A program made the position numbers and the translations under genes. Below the pieces are notes generated by a model, which was not told the origin of the DNA, ran no database searches, and worked only from the letters and a program-made list of their open reading frames with translations. A DNA stretch of 63,308 nt, counting the filler, from Nitrospinota bacterium (GTDB taxonomy: Bacteria > JAUXIQ01): assembly GCA_030620925.1 (NCBI GenBank). It is 13 parts of 13 records of this genome, joined end to end, with 100 filler letters (N's around TTAATTAATTAA, not from the genome) between each part and the next. Parts side by side here need not be neighbours in the genome. Positions count along the whole stretch, not along the records: positions 60,675 to 63,308 come from JAUXIQ010000427.1; 12 more parts are not named here. One strand, given 5' to 3'. Positions 61,478 through 63,308 of this stretch are shown one piece after another. Positions within the stretch are counted from its first letter, which is position 1. Every line of letters starts with the position of its first letter.

Positions 61478-62752
61478 TTATTTATTGGCCACCTTGATGG
61501 CGCAGAAAGTGCCACACATGGTGCACACGTCCTCTTCTTCAGTGGGCATGCTGCTTTCACGCAGGGCGCGCGCCTTTTCGGGGTCCAGCGCCATGTTTAT
61601 CATGCCTTCCCAGTCCAGGTTCTTCCGGCAGCGGGACATCTCTACGTCCTTTTCCATGGAACCCTTGACGCCCTTGGCTATGTCAGCGGCGTGTGCGGCT
61701 ATCTTGGTGGCTATTACACCCTCTTTGACGTCCTCCACCGAGGGCAGCCGGATGTGTTCCGAGGGGGTTACGTAGCACAGAAAATCCGCCCCCGCCCAGG
61801 CGGCGATTGCGCCCCCGATGGCGGAGGTTATGTGGTCGTAGCCCGGCGCTATATCGGTCACCAATGGGCCCAGTACGTAAAAGGGCGCCCCGTGGCATAG
61901 GCGCTTCTGCAGGATAATGTTCGCTTCGACCTGGTGCAGGGGGACGTGCCCCGGTCCCTCGATCATCACCTGGACTCCCCGATCCCAGGCCCGCTGGGTC
62001 AGCTCCCCAAGCTTGACCAGTTCCAGCACCTGTCCCCTGTCCGTGGCGTCGGCTATGGCGCCGGGGCGGAGGCCGTCACCCAGGCTCAGGGTCATGTCGT
62101 ATTCATGTGCGATGTCCAGCAAACGGTCGTAGAACTCCATCAACGGGTTCTCGCGATCGTTATAGCGCATCCACTCCACGGTGAAGGCGCCGCCGCGGCT
62201 GACCACGTCCATGATCCGCCCTTCGTCGCGCATGCGGCTTATGTTTTCCCTGGTGACGCCGCAGTGGACGGTGATGAAGTCCACCCCCTGTTCGCCGTGT
62301 TTTTCTATGCTCCGGAAAAGCTCGTCCACCGACATCTCCACCAGGGATTTCTTCATCTCGAAGGCGTCCAGCGCAGCCTGGTATATGGGGACGGTTCCCA
62401 GGGGGACATGACATTCCCTGATGATGGTGCGCCTGATTTCATCCACCGGTCCCCCGGTGCTCAGGTCCATGATGGTGTCCGCGCCCGCCAGGATCGATAC
62501 CCTTAGCTTTTTCAGCTCCAGCTCAATGCTCATCTGCTCCCGGGAGGTGCCTATGTTGGCGTTTATTTTCGTTCGCAGACCCTTGCCCACACCCAGCGGT
62601 TTCAGCGACTGACGGCGGTTGTTGTTCAGGACAACTATGTTGCCATCAGCCACTCCCTGCCTGATGAACTCGGCATCAAGGCCCTCGTGTTCGGCGACCT
62701 GCCTCATCTTATCGTTGATGACGCCTCGTCTTGCCTCTTCAAAGAGAGTCAT
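61478..62752 (-). CDS. thiC: Phosphomethylpyrimidine synthase
   Basis: KINANIG, MDLSTG, VSRGG, EGPGH, GYDH and CTMCGTFC. Confidence 0.98.
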   Translation of the reverse strand: MTLFEEARRGVINDKMRQVAEHEGLDAEFIRQGVADGNIVVLNNNRRQSLKPLGVGKGLRTKINANIGTSREQMSIELELKKLRVSILAGADTIMDLSTGGPVDEIRRTIIRECHVPLGTVPIYQAALDAFEMKKSLVEMSVDELFRSIEKHGEQGVDFITVHCGVTRENISRMRDEGRIMDVVSRGGAFTVEWMRYNDRENPLMEFYDRLLDIAHEYDMTLSLGDGLRPGAIADATDRGQVLELVKLGELTQRAWDRGVQVMIEGPGHVPLHQVEANIILQKRLCHGAPFYVLGPLVTDIAPGYDHITSAIGGAIAAWAGADFLCYVTPSEHIRLPSVEDVKEGVIATKIAAHAADIAKGVKGSMEKDVEMSRCRKNLDWEGMINMALDPEKARALRESSMPTEEEDVCTMCGTFCAIKVANK

Positions 62753-62808
62753 TTCGTTTCACTCCATTGCGTTTAAAGGGATTACTATCGTCAGGTTAAC
62801 CACGCTTT

Positions 62809-63308
62809 TTAAACTCCGGCCGCGGTTTCCTGCAGCAATGAGAAGACGGCCCCTTCTATATCTTCTGCACTCATTATCGCTGAGATGAGGGCCACTCCGT
62901 CCGCCCCCGCCTCCAGCACCTCTTTTATATTATTGGGTTTAATTCCGCCTATGGCCAAAACAGGTATTTCCACCTTTTCTCTGACGGCTACGATGGCTTC
63001 CGGCCCCAGCGGCGGGCCATATTTGAGTTTCGAGGGGGTGGGGAATACGGGGCCCAGGGTAATGAAATCGGCTCCTTCTTCCTGGGCGATGCGGGCTTCC
63101 TCAACTGAATGGGTCGATTGCCCGATGAGACTGTCAGGCCCCAACAGTTTTCTTGCGTAGCCTGGAGAGATGCTGTTCTGGGTCAGGTGAACCCCGTCGG
63201 CGCCTACCGCCGCCGCTATATCAGAGCGGTCGTTTATGAGAAGGCGCGCCCCTTCGGTAACTTTCCTCAGCGACTCGGCGAGGAAGAACAGGTCCCGGCC
63301 GGGCAGGT
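62809..63308 (-). CDS. thiE: Thiamine-phosphate synthase (5' end beyond window)
   Basis: INDR.D...ADGVHL, STH, GPVFPTPSK, AIGGI and GVALISAI. Confidence 0.95.
   Translation of the reverse strand, partial: LPGRDLFFLAESLRKVTEGARLLINDRSDIAAAVGADGVHLTQNSISPGYARKLLGPDSLIGQSTHSVEEARIAQEEGADFITLGPVFPTPSKLKYGPPLGPEAIVAVREKVEIPVLAIGGIKPNNIKEVLEAGADGVALISAIMSAEDIEGAVFSLLQETAAGV

Noticed and set aside
62753-62808. TPP riboswitch upstream of thiC
   Set aside because: The gap is only 56 bp and has no CTGAGA motif; any riboswitch would lie upstream of thiE, outside the window.

Overview
This window is not one continuous locus. It is 13 short contigs joined by 12 artificial 100-nt linkers (N44-TTAATTAATTAA-N44), so gene adjacency is meaningful only inside each contig. 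The content and gene orders (hom-apgM-lysC-cimA-glyQS-ppdK, remA-gmk-coaBC-udg, metVF, yqeBC, larC, type IV pili, many acyl-CoA enzymes) suggest a draft/metagenome-assembled genome of an anaerobic, deltaproteobacterium-like organism (inference). Most genes are housekeeping or acyl-CoA metabolism. The most interesting signals are: (1) a PilB ATPase with an N-terminal MshEN c-di-GMP motif and a fused C-terminal cyclic-nucleotide-binding domain; (2) a stand-alone protein that looks like an ADP-ribosyltransferase-like domain fused to an HD domain; (3) a B12 acyl-CoA mutase with a remodelled, apparently enlarged active site; (4) a decayed ~3.8-kb island bounded by two tRNA-Arg 3'-half repeats, containing attC-like and dif-like sites; (5) a GTAG-type REP translated in-frame in an ABC permease; (6) two contigs that overlap at about 96% identity, indicating strain mixing. 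All family calls come from motif recognition by eye; no database search was run.
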